A stretch of DNA of 61,756 nt, the filler included, from Actinomycetales bacterium (GTDB lineage Bacteria; Actinomycetota; Actinomycetes; Actinomycetales; CAVURS01), in NCBI GenBank assembly GCA_045807245.1. It is 3 parts of 3 records of this genome, joined end to end, with 100 filler letters (N's around TTAATTAATTAA, not from the genome) between each part and the next. Parts side by side here need not be neighbours in the genome. Positions count along the whole stretch, not along the records: positions 1 to 31,162 come from JBJMHS010000056.1; positions 31,263 to 44,678 come from JBJMHS010000057.1; 1 more part is not named here. The stretch is one strand, 5' to 3'. Both the position numbers and the translations under genes were made by a program. A model generated the notes under the pieces. That model was not told the DNA's origin, did not search any database, and saw only the letters and a program-made list of their open reading frames with translations. How positions within the stretch are numbered: the first letter of the stretch is position 1; each line of letters starts with the position of its first letter. This document shows, piece after piece, positions 21,406 to 35,101 of the stretch.

Positions 21406-22602
21406 TCAGAGCTCGAGGGCGTGCGCGATCGGGACGCCGGGCCGGTAGGCCAGGTGCAGGTACGACGGGGCGTCCAGCACGGCCAGGTCGGCCCGCGCTC
21501 CCGGTGACAGACGCCCGATGTCGGTACGCCGCAAGGCCATCGCCGTCCCCCGGGTCACCGACCACAACGCTTCGCCGGGCGTCATGTGCATCTCCCGGAC
21601 GGCGAGCGCGACGCACAGCGGAATCGACGAGGAGAAGCACGAGCCCGGGTTGCAGTCGGTGGCGAGTGCGACGACCGCTCCGGCGTCGATGAGGCGCCGG
21701 GCGTCGGGGTACGGCGAGCGGGTGGAGAACTCGACGGCCGGCAACAGGGTCGCGACCGTGCCCGTCCCACCATGGCGCATGGCTTGTCCCGATGCGGCGA
21801 GCGCGTCGACATCCGCATCAGACAGGTGGGTGCAGTGGTCGACGCTCGCCGCGCCCAGCTCGACGGCGAGCCGGACCCCGGGGCCTTCGGTGAGCTGGTT
21901 GCCGTGCAGGCGGAGGTCAAGCCCGGCCGCCCGCGCCGCGGTCAGCACGGTCCGGGCCTCGTCAGCGTCGAAGGCGTGCGGTCCGGGCTCGCAGAAGACG
22001 TCGGCCCATCGCGCATAGGGGGCGCAGGCTTCGAGCATCTCGCCTGCGACCAGCGCGACGTACTCATCGCGCCGGCCGGCGTACTCCTCGGGTACGACGT
22101 GCGCGCCGAGGTAGGTCGTCTCGGTGGTCACCTCCCGGGCGAGACGCAGGGCGCGCGCCTCCTGCTCGACGGTCAGGCCGTAGCCGCTCTTGACCTCCAC
22201 CGTCGTCGTACCCTGCCGCCGCATCTCGGCGACCAGCCGGGCCAGGTTCGCCCGCAGCTCGTCGTCGGTCGCCCCCCGGGTCGCGGCCACCGTGGTGGCG
22301 ATGCCGCCGCCGGTGTACGGCGCCCCCGACATGCGGGCCGCGAACTCGTCTGCGCGGTCACCGGCGAAGACCAGATGGGCATGGCTGTCGACGAACCCGG
22401 GGACCACGGCCCGGCCGTCGAGATCGAGCCGACGGTCGGCGGCCGGTGCGTCACGCGCGGGTCCGACCCACGCGACGGCGCCCTGCTGGACCACGACCGC
22501 CGCGTCCCCGACGATGCCCATGGGCGACCCGTTGCCGTACGCCGGGTCGTTGGTCACGAGCTCGCCGATGCCCGCGACGAGCGTCGAGATCTGGTCGGAC
22601 AC
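21406..22602 (-). CDS. hutI: Imidazolonepropionase
   Basis: [32 protein letters not shown]. Confidence 0.95.
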   Translation of the reverse strand: MSDQISTLVAGIGELVTNDPAYGNGSPMGIVGDAAVVVQQGAVAWVGPARDAPAADRRLDLDGRAVVPGFVDSHAHLVFAGDRADEFAARMSGAPYTGGGIATTVAATRGATDDELRANLARLVAEMRRQGTTTVEVKSGYGLTVEQEARALRLAREVTTETTYLGAHVVPEEYAGRRDEYVALVAGEMLEACAPYARWADVFCEPGPHAFDADEARTVLTAARAAGLDLRLHGNQLTEGPGVRLAVELGAASVDHCTHLSDADVDALAASGQAMRHGGTGTVATLLPAVEFSTRSPYPDARRLIDAGAVVALATDCNPGSCFSSSIPLCVALAVREMHMTPGEALWSVTRGTAMALRRTDIGRLSPGARADLAVLDAPSYLHLAYRPGVPIAHALEL

Positions 22603-22636
22603 GACCCAACTCTGTCAGTCGCGAGACGATGCGTGG

Positions 22637-23266
22637 GTGAGCAGGCGGTTCGACGACCGCGTGGATGCCGGTCAGGCATTGGCCCGGTTGCTGTCGCACT
22701 ACAGCGGCCGGCCCGATGTCGTGGTGCTCGGCCTGGCCCGCGGGGGCGTCCCGGTCGCGGCCGAGGTCGCCGCCGCACTCGGTGCGCCACTCGACGTGTT
22801 CGTCGTCCGCAAGATCGGCGCGCCGGGTCGACCGGAGCTGGCGGTTGGGGCGATCGCGAGCGGAGGGGCGAGCGTCTGGAACGACGACGTGATGGCGTCG
22901 CTCTCGATCGACCGGTCATCGCTGGACGAGACCGTGGCGGCCGAGCAGACCGAGCTGGACCGCCGGGAGCGGCTGTACCGCGGTGATCGGCCCCGCCCGC
23001 CGGTCGAGGGCCGGACCGTGATCCTGGTCGACGACGGACTGGCCACGGGGGCGAGCATGCGTGCTGCCGTCGGCGCCGTCCGGCAGCTCGGTGCGCAGAC
23101 GCTAATCGTCGCTGTCCCGACGGCGCCGCGCGGAACGGACCTGGGTCCTGAGGTCGACGAGTTCGTCTGCGCGGCGATGCCTTCGCCGTTCCGCGCCGTG
23201 GCCAGCTCCTACCGCCGGTTCCCGCAGACGAGCGACGAGGAGGTGCGCGCTCTGCTCGATCGGTGA
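22637..23266 (+). CDS. Phosphoribosyltransferase-family protein
   Basis: FDDRVDAG, LGLARGGVPVA, VILVDDGLATG. Confidence 0.88.
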   Translation: MSRRFDDRVDAGQALARLLSHYSGRPDVVVLGLARGGVPVAAEVAAALGAPLDVFVVRKIGAPGRPELAVGAIASGGASVWNDDVMASLSIDRSSLDETVAAEQTELDRRERLYRGDRPRPPVEGRTVILVDDGLATGASMRAAVGAVRQLGAQTLIVAVPTAPRGTDLGPEVDEFVCAAMPSPFRAVASSYRRFPQTSDEEVRALLDR

Positions 23267-23270
23267 CCGA

Positions 23271-24599
23271 CTAGCGCCAGAGCGGTTCGATGGCCTCGGC
23301 CAGCAGCCGACCGACGTCGCCCAACCGGTGCTCTCCGTCCCGTACGACGTGCTGGCCGTCGACCACGACATCCGTGACGTCCGCGGCGGTAGCCGCCATG
23401 ACGACCTGAGTCGGCGAGCAGCCCGCCGTACGGACGCTGTCCAGACGCACGGCGACGAGGTCACCGCGAGCGCCCGGCTCGATCCGGCCTGCGTCGGGCC
23501 AGCCCAGGCTGCGGTGCCCGTCCACCGTGGCTGCGCGCACCAGCTGGTCCGGGCGGAAACGCCCGCGCTCCAACGTGGCCAGCCGCTCGTCGAGCTCGAG
23601 AGCACGCGCCTCCTCGAACATGTCGATGACCGCGTGCTGGTCGCTGCCCAAGGTGAGGACGGCCCCCGCATCGCGCAGCTGGGTCGCCGGCCCGATGCCG
23701 TCGGCCAGATCGCGCTCGGTCGTCGGGCTGAAGCACACGTTGCTCCGCGAGCTGCCCAGCAGCTTGACGTCGCGCTCGGACAGGTGCGTGCCGTGCACCG
23801 CCGTCACCCACGGGCCCAGGACGCCCTCGTCCTCGAGCAGCTCGGTCGGCGAGGACAGGTAGTAGCCGCGGCACGCGTCGTTCTCGGCCGGCTGCTCGGA
23901 CAGGTGGAGGTGCAGCACGGTGTCGCGCTCCCGAGCCAGGGCCCCGATCCGTCCGATGTCGAGCTTCTCCACGGCGCGCACCGAGTGGGCGGCCAGGCCG
24001 ACCCGTACGACGTCCGTGGGCTCGATCCGGGAGACACGCGTCGCCCAGGTGTCGACGTTCCAGTCGCTGAACCGTCGTTGCACCGGGTCGAGCAGCTGGT
24101 GGCCCTCGGGCGTGAGGCCGCCCTTGAAGTACGCCGCGTCGAGCAGGGTCAGGCGCACCCCGGCCTCCCAGGCGGCTTGCTGCAGCGCATGACCCATCGC
24201 GTTCGGGTCGTCGTACGGCGTCCCGTCCGCTCCGTGGTGCAGGTAGTGGAACTCACCGACGCACGTGATCCCGGCCATCGCCATCTCGGCGTACGTCGCT
24301 CGGGCCAGCGCGAGGTAGGAGTCGGGGTCGAGCCGCTCGGCCACGGCGTACATGCCCTCGCGCCAGGTCCAGAACGTCCCACCGCCGGAGTGCGTGCGGC
24401 CACGCAGTGCCCGGTGGAACGCGTGCGAGTGGGCGTTCGCGAAACCGGGGAAGACCAGACCGCTCAGCCGGATGTCCTCGTCCTGAGCGGACACCCCCGT
24501 CGCGACCCACTCGATCCGGCCTTCGTCCCCGACCGAGACGCGCACGGCGTCGACCGGCCCGTCACCGACCCACACCCTTTCGCACCAGTACGTCGTCAC
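23271..24599 (-). CDS. hutF: Formimidoylglutamate deiminase
   Basis: PGFANAHSHAFHRALRG, GEFHYLHH, PTTERDLADG, LGSDQH. Confidence 0.93.
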   Translation of the reverse strand: MTTYWCERVWVGDGPVDAVRVSVGDEGRIEWVATGVSAQDEDIRLSGLVFPGFANAHSHAFHRALRGRTHSGGGTFWTWREGMYAVAERLDPDSYLALARATYAEMAMAGITCVGEFHYLHHGADGTPYDDPNAMGHALQQAAWEAGVRLTLLDAAYFKGGLTPEGHQLLDPVQRRFSDWNVDTWATRVSRIEPTDVVRVGLAAHSVRAVEKLDIGRIGALARERDTVLHLHLSEQPAENDACRGYYLSSPTELLEDEGVLGPWVTAVHGTHLSERDVKLLGSSRSNVCFSPTTERDLADGIGPATQLRDAGAVLTLGSDQHAVIDMFEEARALELDERLATLERGRFRPDQLVRAATVDGHRSLGWPDAGRIEPGARGDLVAVRLDSVRTAGCSPTQVVMAATAADVTDVVVDGQHVVRDGEHRLGDVGRLLAEAIEPLWR

Positions 24600-25849
24600 G
24601 AAGCGAGATCCTGTACGACGCGGGCCAGGGCCTCGACGCCGGCGACACAGTCCGCCTCCTCGGCGTACTCCTCGGGCGAGTGCGAGACGCCGGTCGGGTT
24701 GCGCACGAACAGCATCGCGGTCTCCACCAGGGCCAGGGACAGGACGCCCGCATCATGCCCTGCCCCGGTCGGCAGCACCGGAGCCGCCTCACCATCGGTC
24801 CCGGCCAGCAGCGCCGAGAGGTGGCCGCGCAGCTGGGTGTCGAACACCGTCTCGTCGGTCCAGGACTCCTCACTCACCCGCGCCCCGCTGCCGCGCAGGT
24901 CGCTCACGACCTCGTGTACGGCGGTCGCGGACGCGGCGCGCGCGTCGAGCCACGCGGTCACGCGAGAGGGGATCGCGTTCACGCCGTTGGGCTCGACCTG
25001 GACCTTGCCGAACGTCGCCAGCGCCTCGTGATGCTCGGCGGCCCGACGTGCAGCCATGACGGCATGGGCGAACGTGACCATCGGGTCGCGGCGGTCGACC
25101 AGCCGCGTCGTGCCGGCGTGGTTCGCCTCGCCGTCGAACTCGAACCGCCAACGGCCGTGCGGCCAGATCGAGCTGGCCACGCCGACGGCCTTGTTCATCT
25201 CGACCAGACCGCGGCCCTGTTCGATATGAAGCTCGACGAATGTCCCGATCCGTTGCAGCGCAACAGGGTCAGGAGCGAGCTGCTCGGGTTCGAAGCCGGC
25301 TTGGCCGATGGCCTGGGCCATCGTCGTACCGTCGCGGTCCCGCAACGCCAGCGCCCGGTCGACGTCGAGCGAGCCGGTCATCAGTCGCGACCCGGCGCAC
25401 GCGACGCCGAAGCGTGCACCCTCCTCGTCGCCGAAGGCCACCACCCCGATCGGCCGGGCCGGCTGGAAACCCTCGGCCTGCAGCACCTCCAGGGCGGCCA
25501 GGGCGGCCACCACGCCCAGCGGGCCGTCGTACGCGCCGCCGTCAGGGACGGAGTCCAGGTGGCTGCCCAGCACCAGTCCTGGCGTGCCCTTGAGCGCCGC
25601 TTCGTCGGGGTCCCCCCACCAGGCCCACTGGTTCAGCGCCCGGTCGGTCGTCACGGTGAGGCCGCGGTCCTTCGCGGCACCGGCGAACCACTCGCGCAAG
25701 GTGAGGTCCTCGGCGGTCCAGGCGAAGCGTCGGTACCCACCGGTCTCGGGGTGCCGGCCCACGGCAGCGATCTCGTTCCACAGGCGCGCGAGCGCGCGGG
25801 CGTACGCCGTCGGCTCGGGCCGCTCCGAGGGGAGCGAGATCACCGGCAC
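24596..25849 (-). CDS. M20-family Zn amidohydrolase (allantoate amidohydrolase-like; probable formylglutamate hydrolase of the hut pathway)
   Basis: GSHLDSVPDGGAYDG, EEGARFG, ELHIEQG, GAGHD; stop overlaps hutF start. Confidence 0.85.
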   Translation of the reverse strand: MPVISLPSERPEPTAYARALARLWNEIAAVGRHPETGGYRRFAWTAEDLTLREWFAGAAKDRGLTVTTDRALNQWAWWGDPDEAALKGTPGLVLGSHLDSVPDGGAYDGPLGVVAALAALEVLQAEGFQPARPIGVVAFGDEEGARFGVACAGSRLMTGSLDVDRALALRDRDGTTMAQAIGQAGFEPEQLAPDPVALQRIGTFVELHIEQGRGLVEMNKAVGVASSIWPHGRWRFEFDGEANHAGTTRLVDRRDPMVTFAHAVMAARRAAEHHEALATFGKVQVEPNGVNAIPSRVTAWLDARAASATAVHEVVSDLRGSGARVSEESWTDETVFDTQLRGHLSALLAGTDGEAAPVLPTGAGHDAGVLSLALVETAMLFVRNPTGVSHSPEEYAEEADCVAGVEALARVVQDLAS

Positions 25850-25873
25850 ACCGACCTCCTACGCTGAGCAGGG

Positions 25874-26398
25874 ATGACTGCTGACCGAGCCCCTGGGCCA
25901 CCTGAGCCACCAGGGCCAGGGAGCGACGACGCCGTGGCGGCCATGGTCGCGTCCGGCGTGCCGCACACGGTAGTGCGCCACGGTCCGGTCGCCAGTCTCG
26001 CCGAGGCAGCAGCGGCCCGAGGGGTGTCACCCGGCGCTGTCATCAAGACACTCGTCGTACGACGGGCTGACGACGACTTCCTGCTCGTCCTGGTGCCCGG
26101 CGACCGCGGCATCTCGTGGCCGAAGCTACGCGCGCTGCTCGGTGTCAGCCGGCTGTCGATGCCGGACGCCGAGACGGCGCGGGCGGCAACGGGATACGCC
26201 AGGGGCACGATCACGCCGTTCGGGGCTCGCGGCGGCTGGCCAGTCGTCGTGGACACGCGGATCGCGGACGCGACGACCGTGTCCATCGGCGGCGGAGCCC
26301 ACGGGGTCGCGTTCAGCCTCACCGGCGCCGACCTCGTCGCCGCGCTGGACACCCTGCCGGGCGCCGTACAGACCGCTGACGTGACCGACCCGCTCTGA
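25874..26398 (+). CDS. YbaK/EbsC-family aminoacyl-tRNA deacylase
   Basis: VIKTLVV, TGYARGTITPFG, SIGGG. Confidence 0.88.
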   Translation: MTADRAPGPPEPPGPGSDDAVAAMVASGVPHTVVRHGPVASLAEAAAARGVSPGAVIKTLVVRRADDDFLLVLVPGDRGISWPKLRALLGVSRLSMPDAETARAATGYARGTITPFGARGGWPVVVDTRIADATTVSIGGGAHGVAFSLTGADLVAALDTLPGAVQTADVTDPL

Positions 26399-26408
26399 GT
26401 CGCGGTCG

Positions 26409-28070
<1,662 letters not shown>

Positions 28071-28131
28071 CTCTCGTGACTCCTAATGAGGCGAACTGCG
28101 TTGGTACGACGGGTGTTTGGCGTTGTGCTGG

Positions 28132-29709
28132 TCAAGCGAGCGGCCCCACCGCGGACTCAGCGGCCGCGACGGCCCGCCCGCTGATGACGAACTGGAGAGC
28201 TGCCTCGATTTCCGGTGCCAGGTAGCGGTCCGGGCCGGGGCCGCTCACGGTCTCCCGGAGAGCCGCGACGACTGCTGCGGTGCCGGGAGCCGCGGCCAGG
28301 GGCGCACGGAGGTCGAGAGCGCGGGCGGCCGTGAGGATCTCGACGGCGAGGACGCGGGCCAGGCCGTCGATGCCGCGGCGCAGCTTGCGGGCCGCGGACC
28401 AGCCCATCGATACATGGTCCTCCTGCATCGCGGAGGAGGGGATCGAGTCGACCGACGCCGGGGTCGCGAGCCGTTTGAGCTCGGAGACGATGCCGGCCTG
28501 GGCGTACTGGGCGATCATGTGGCCGCTGTCGACGCCGGGGTCGTCGGCCAGGAACGGCGACAGCCCCTCGTTGCGCGCCTTGTCGAGGAACCGGTCGGTG
28601 CGGCGCTCGCTGATCGACGCGAGGTCGGCGACGGCGATGGCGAGGAAGTCCAGGACGTACCCGACCGGGGCGCCATGGAAGTTGCCGTTCGACTCGACCC
28701 GGCCGTCGAGCGTGACGACCGGGTTGTCCACCGCGGCGGCGAGCTCACGGCCGGCGACCGTCTCAGCATGGGCGAGCGTGTCCCTCACCGCGCCGTGCAC
28801 CTGGGGCGAGCAGCGCAAGGAGTAGGCGTCCTGCACCCTGGTGCACTCGGGGCCGCGGTGGCTCTCAACGATGGGCGACCCCGCGAGCAGTGCGCGGAGG
28901 TTGGCGGCGCTGACGGCCTGGCCGGGGTGGGGACGCAGTGCCTGCAGGTCCTCGGCGAAGACCGCGTCGGTGCCAAGCTGGCCCTCGACGCTCATCGCGG
29001 CTGCGATGTCGGCGGTGCGCAGGAGCAGCTGCAGGTCGCTGGCGGCCATGAGGAGCATGCCCAGCATGCCGTCGGTGCCGTTGATCAGGGCCAGGCCTTC
29101 TTTCTCGGCCAGCTGGACCGGCTCGAGGCCGGCGGCGGCGAGCGCCTCGGCGGCCGGCATGGCGGCGCCTTTCGCATCGCGGACGTCGCCCTCACCCATG
29201 ACGGCGAGCGCGCAGTGGGCGAGCGGAGCCAGGTCACCCGAGCAGCCGAGGCTGCCGTACTCCCGCACCACCGGCGTGATGCCGGCCGAGAGCACCGCGG
29301 CGTACGTCGTGGCCGTCACCGGGCGCACCCCGGTGCGGCCGGTCGCGAGGGTCGAGAGCCGGAGCAGCATGAGCGCGCGGACCACCTCGCGCTCGACCTC
29401 GGGTCCGGTGCCGGCGGCGTGCGATCGGATCAGGCTGCGCTGCAGCTGGGCCCGGCGCTCCACGGGGATGTGCTTCGTGGCGAGCGCTCCGAACCCGGTC
29501 GAGATCCCGTAGTGCGGCTCCACGTCGTCGGCCAGGCCCTCGACGATGGCCCGGGTGCGGGCGATCTCCGCTAGCGCGTCCTCGGACAGCCGAACGGCGG
29601 CGCCGTGCCGGGCGACGGCCAGGACCTGCTCCGGCGTGACCGGCCCGCGGCCCACCTCCACCGTGTCGACGGAGCTGGTGGCGTCATCAACGGCAGCCAG
29701 GGTGCTCAT
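28132..29709 (-). CDS. hutH: Histidine ammonia-lyase
   Basis: YGISTGFG, LIRSHAAG, GSLGCSGDLAPL (MIO-forming C-S-G variant), QDAYSLRC; ATG 29709. Confidence 0.96.
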   Translation of the reverse strand: MSTLAAVDDATSSVDTVEVGRGPVTPEQVLAVARHGAAVRLSEDALAEIARTRAIVEGLADDVEPHYGISTGFGALATKHIPVERRAQLQRSLIRSHAAGTGPEVEREVVRALMLLRLSTLATGRTGVRPVTATTYAAVLSAGITPVVREYGSLGCSGDLAPLAHCALAVMGEGDVRDAKGAAMPAAEALAAAGLEPVQLAEKEGLALINGTDGMLGMLLMAASDLQLLLRTADIAAAMSVEGQLGTDAVFAEDLQALRPHPGQAVSAANLRALLAGSPIVESHRGPECTRVQDAYSLRCSPQVHGAVRDTLAHAETVAGRELAAAVDNPVVTLDGRVESNGNFHGAPVGYVLDFLAIAVADLASISERRTDRFLDKARNEGLSPFLADDPGVDSGHMIAQYAQAGIVSELKRLATPASVDSIPSSAMQEDHVSMGWSAARKLRRGIDGLARVLAVEILTAARALDLRAPLAAAPGTAAVVAALRETVSGPGPDRYLAPEIEAALQFVISGRAVAAAESAVGPLA

Positions 29710-29765
29710 GCCCCCATCGCACACCCGCAGCCCTTCTTTGCACGACCCGGGGGTCGCTGAATTGC

Positions 29766-29781
29766 GTCTGCCATACCAGAC
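29766..29781. promoter_or_regulatory. Putative hut operator palindrome
   Basis: GTCTG-CCATAC-CAGAC about 60 bp upstream of hutH; resembles IclR-type operators before actinobacterial hut genes. Confidence 0.55.
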
Positions 29782-29849
29782 AGTCGGTGAATCGTGCCGT
29801 ATTCGACAGCCCCCGAGCGGGCGCCTCATGTGCTGTGACCCCTGGAGGT

Positions 29850-31162
29850 CTAGCCGGTATCTCGGAGGTGGGGGTTGCGGGTGAGCCAGCGGGCGGCGAG
29901 CTGGCGCAGCCTCGCTTCGATCTGTCGGAGGTGGTCGTTGGGTTCGGCCGGTGCTGCTCCGGGCCGCGGCGGGTGCCAGGTGACGTGACCGTCGACGAGC
30001 CGGCCGGTCCAGCCGGTGGCATGCACGTGGCGATGGTGCCGTCCGCACAGCAACGTGCCGTTGGCCTCCGACGTCGACCCGCCCGGCTTGCCATCTCGCC
30101 CGAACGGGACCAAGTGATGGGCGTGGCACCACGGCGGGGGTGCGGAGCAGTTCGGGAAGGTGCAGTCCGGTCGCGGATCTCGATGGCCCGCCGGATCCGC
30201 GGCGGGAACCGATAGACCGAATCGCCGACATCCAGCGGGCGCCCGTCGCCGTCCAACACGGCCGGGACCACTTCGGCGTCACAGAACAACGTCTGGGCTT
30301 GCAGCGGTGAGACCTCCCAGCCGCCCGGCTCACCGGTCTCCACCACCGCCATCGGCGCCCCCGCCTGCCCGCCCTTGCGGGTCAGGTCGGCTTTCAGGGT
30401 GGCCAGGTCGGCGGTCACGATCATCCGCACCGGCGACCCGTGCCGGGACGGCAACCCACCGGGCTCACCTTGCCGTTGGGCCAGCGACAGCTCGGCCAAC
30501 CCGGTCAACGCGTCGGCCATCCGTTGGCCGCGGCTGCGCGGATCCACTTCCCCGTCGGATGCGGGGCGGGGCTGGGCCAGGCTGTCCAGGGCGGTCTGGA
30601 GCAGGGCGCCGTCCTTGGCCGGCAGCGTGGCGGTCAGCCACCACATCCCAGAGCTCTCCTGGCTCAGGGTGGCCTGGCGGAGGTGCTGTTGGGCGTCCTC
30701 ATCCGGGCCAGCCGGTCCGCGGCGTCCGGGTCCAGCCGGTGCCGCAACGCCACCCCAACCTTGCCCAGCTGCCCCGCATCCAGCCGCGTGGCTTCACCGA
30801 GCATCAGGTGCTGGGCCTCATCCCAGGTGGTCGGGTCCACATCGGGAATCTGGTTCAGCGCGCACATCGTCCGGGTGATCGCGCCGGCCTGGCCCACGTT
30901 CAGCTCACCGGAGCCGAACGCCTCCCGCGTCGGGGCCAGCTCGGGGCGGGGCAGCTGCTCGGCCAGCTGGGCCCGTTGGGCCGCGGCCTGCACGGTCAAC
31001 GGCACCTGAGCGCGCAGCCAGGCCCCGCCCGACCGGTGTCCGGAGCCGACCAGCACCCCCCGCTTGACGGCCTCGCCCACGGCCGCGACCTGGGCGGCGA
31101 CCACCTGGTTCTCCACCCGGCCCAACAGCTGGATCCGCTCGATCAGGTCCGGCTCGGCGTAC
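29850..31162 (-). pseudogene. DUF222/HNH endonuclease (13E12-repeat-like), two frameshifts, 5' truncated by gap
   Basis: Three frames join by single-base shifts near 30703 and 30166 to give ...LAR/DEDAQQHLRQATL... and ...IRDR/CTFPNCSAPPPWCHAHHLVPF...GSTSEANGTLLCGRHH. Confidence 0.85.
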
Positions 31163-31262
31163 NNNNNNNNNNNNNNNNNNNNNNNNNNNNNNNNNNNNNN
31201 NNNNNNTTAATTAATTAANNNNNNNNNNNNNNNNNNNNNNNNNNNNNNNNNNNNNNNNNNNN
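31163..31262. other. Artificial contig spacer
   Basis: 100-bp N run containing TTAATTAATTAA (stops in all six frames). Confidence 0.98.
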
Positions 31263-31347
31263 ATCAGTCGCTCGCGCAGGCGCGGGTCCATCGTCTCGCG
31301 CTCCTCGTCCCAGAAGCGCGAGTAGCCGCGCCCCTCGACGGTGCCCA

Positions 31348-31348
<1 letters not shown>
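31263..31348 (-). CDS. 5' fragment of a probable phenylacetate-CoA ligase-family gene, cut by gap
   Basis: [31 protein letters not shown] overlaps the upstream TGA; FW...ETM start resembles PaaK-family proteins. Confidence 0.5.
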
Positions 31349-32985
<1,637 letters not shown>

Positions 32986-33021
32986 GCAGCGGAGCCTCGC
33001 ACGATCAGGTTGGATGATCCA

Positions 33022-34965
33022 GTGAACCGACGTCGCCTGACGCCGTGGCTCGCCGCAGGGGTGGTACTCGTCCTCGTGCTCGCTGGGCTCGGCGTCGTCC
33101 TGTGGCGCCAGCGGTCCTCATCCGAGCAGGACGACGCAGTGCGGCACGCTGCCCGGACGCTGGCCGCCGACTGGCAGGCCGACCGGCTCGACCGGGTCGC
33201 CTGGGCCGGCAGCTCCGGTTCGGCGATGGCGACCGAGTACCACGCGGTCGTGGCCGGGCTGGGTTCGCTCCGGCCGACCGTCCGGGTCTCGACCGTGCAG
33301 CGCGACGGGGAAAGCGCGTCCGCGGAGCTCGTCGTCTCGTGGGCCGTGGCGCGCACCGGCGCCGGCGCGACGTACGCCTACCGCAGCAAGGTCGCCCTGG
33401 TGCACCGCGCTGGTCGGTGGCTGGTCAGGCCGGAGGGCCCGTCCGGCTCGAGCATCTTCGCCCCGGTCACCCGGGACGCGCGCCTGGTGCTGCTGCGGTC
33501 CCAGCCCTCCCGAGCGCCCGTCACCGGCACGGGCGGACAGGAGATCGTCCACGACGGCACCGTCGTCGACGTCGGCATCGAGCCGGCCCGCGTCGTCGAT
33601 GCCGCCTCGCTCGTCCGCCAGGTCGCGCGGATCACCGACGTGGACGCCACGGCCCTGGGCCAGGCGGTGGCCGCGGCTCAGCCGCACGCCTTCGTCCCGG
33701 TCATCACGCTCCGGCAGGCTGACTACGTCAAGGTGCGGGACCGCTTGCAACCGCTCAAGGGCACGGTGTTCCGCCAGCGCACGCAGTCGCTTCCTCTGAC
33801 CCGCGACTTCGCCCGGGCGCTCATCGGGACCGTCGGCCCGGTCTCCGCGGACCTCCTCAAGGCAACGGGCAACCGGTACGAGGCCGGCGACTTCGCCGGA
33901 GTCTCGGGACTGCAACGGCAGTACGACGCGCGCCTCGCCGGCACGCCGTCGTACACGGTTGTCGAACGGCAACTAACTGCGAAAGATGCCACCCGCGACG
34001 TGCCGCTCTTCCACAGCGACGGCACAGCCGGCCAGCCGCTCGCGACGACGCTCGACGCTCGGACGCAGCTCGCGGCCGACCGCGCGCTGGCCGGTCTCAC
34101 GTCACCCGCCGCGCTCGTGGCGGTCGATGTCCGGACCGGCGGCGTTCTCGCCGTCGCCAACAACCCGAGCAACGGGCTCGACCGGGCGGTGGTCGGGCGG
34201 TACCCGCCGGGGTCGACCCTCAAGGTGGCCACGACCCTCGCCCTCTTCGGCCACGGCGTGACGCCGGCGACGCCGGTGAGCTGTCCGGGCACGGCCACCG
34301 TCGGCGGCCGGACCTTCCGCAACTTCGAGCACGAGCAGCTCGGCTCGGTGCCGTTCGACGTCGACTTCAAGAACTCGTGCAACACCGCGTTCGTAGGTCT
34401 GTCCCGCCGCCTGCAACCACCGGACCTGCATGACGCAGCGCTCCAGCTCGGGCTGGGCGGTGACTGGGGCGCGGCACTCGGGGCCGGCCCGCAGACGTTC
34501 ACCGGGAGCATCCCCACGACCGACGATGCCGTGGACCAGGCGGCCGCGGCGTTCGGCCAGGGCCGCAACCTCGTGTCTCCGCTCTCGATGGCGGTCGTTG
34601 CGGCGAGCGTCGCCCGCGGGCGGTTCGTGGCACCGATGCTGGTGACCACGCCGGCGCCGGCCGCTGCGGCTCCGGCCCAGCCGGCCGCACCGACGGCCAA
34701 GGACATCGCGACCCTCCACTCGCTCATGCGTCAGGTGGTGACGAGCGGTACGGCGGCCGGCCAGTTCGACGGCGTGGCCGGCGGTCCGGTGTTCGGCAAG
34801 ACCGGCACGGCCGAGTTCGGCAGCGCCTCGCCGCCGCAGACCCATGCCTGGTTCATCGGCTGGCAGGGCAACGTCGCATTCGCGGCCTTCGTCGAGCGGG
34901 GCCGCAGCGGCGGCAGCGTGGCGGCGCCCGTCGTACGCGACTTCCTGGACTCGCTCCACACCTGA
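33022..34965 (+). CDS. Penicillin-binding protein (N-terminal anchor, NTF2-like, dimerization, transpeptidase)
   Basis: PGSTLK (SxxK), SCN (SxN), GKTGTAE (KTG); N-terminal TM helix from GTG 33022. Confidence 0.92.
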   Translation: MNRRRLTPWLAAGVVLVLVLAGLGVVLWRQRSSSEQDDAVRHAARTLAADWQADRLDRVAWAGSSGSAMATEYHAVVAGLGSLRPTVRVSTVQRDGESASAELVVSWAVARTGAGATYAYRSKVALVHRAGRWLVRPEGPSGSSIFAPVTRDARLVLLRSQPSRAPVTGTGGQEIVHDGTVVDVGIEPARVVDAASLVRQVARITDVDATALGQAVAAAQPHAFVPVITLRQADYVKVRDRLQPLKGTVFRQRTQSLPLTRDFARALIGTVGPVSADLLKATGNRYEAGDFAGVSGLQRQYDARLAGTPSYTVVERQLTAKDATRDVPLFHSDGTAGQPLATTLDARTQLAADRALAGLTSPAALVAVDVRTGGVLAVANNPSNGLDRAVVGRYPPGSTLKVATTLALFGHGVTPATPVSCPGTATVGGRTFRNFEHEQLGSVPFDVDFKNSCNTAFVGLSRRLQPPDLHDAALQLGLGGDWGAALGAGPQTFTGSIPTTDDAVDQAAAAFGQGRNLVSPLSMAVVAASVARGRFVAPMLVTTPAPAAAAPAQPAAPTAKDIATLHSLMRQVVTSGTAAGQFDGVAGGPVFGKTGTAEFGSASPPQTHAWFIGWQGNVAFAAFVERGRSGGSVAAPVVRDFLDSLHT

Positions 34966-35001
34966 GGGCCGAACCCGGCGCATGGATCGTTGCCGGGCGT
35001 G

Positions 35002-35052
35002 AAAAAGCCGAACCGCTGACAGGCTCGGGGGACGACCTGTCAGCGGTTCGGT
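35002..35052 (-). terminator. Intrinsic terminator
   Basis: 16-bp stem CCGAACCGCTGACAGG/CCTGTCAGCGGTTCGG followed by CTTTTT on the minus strand. Confidence 0.8.
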
Positions 35053-35101
35053 TGATCGGTGGGGGAGGCCGGGATCAACTCACCCGGTGTCACTTCCCCG
35101 G

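Noticed and set aside
28132..30333. 733-aa HutH with long N-terminal extension
   Set aside because: The extension is an off-frame read through the HNH gene and promoter; HutH similarity starts near ATG 29709.
31163..31262. TTAATTAATTAA as a biological AT-rich site (also 44679-44778)
   Set aside because: Identical N-flanked 100-bp spacers; an assembly linker.
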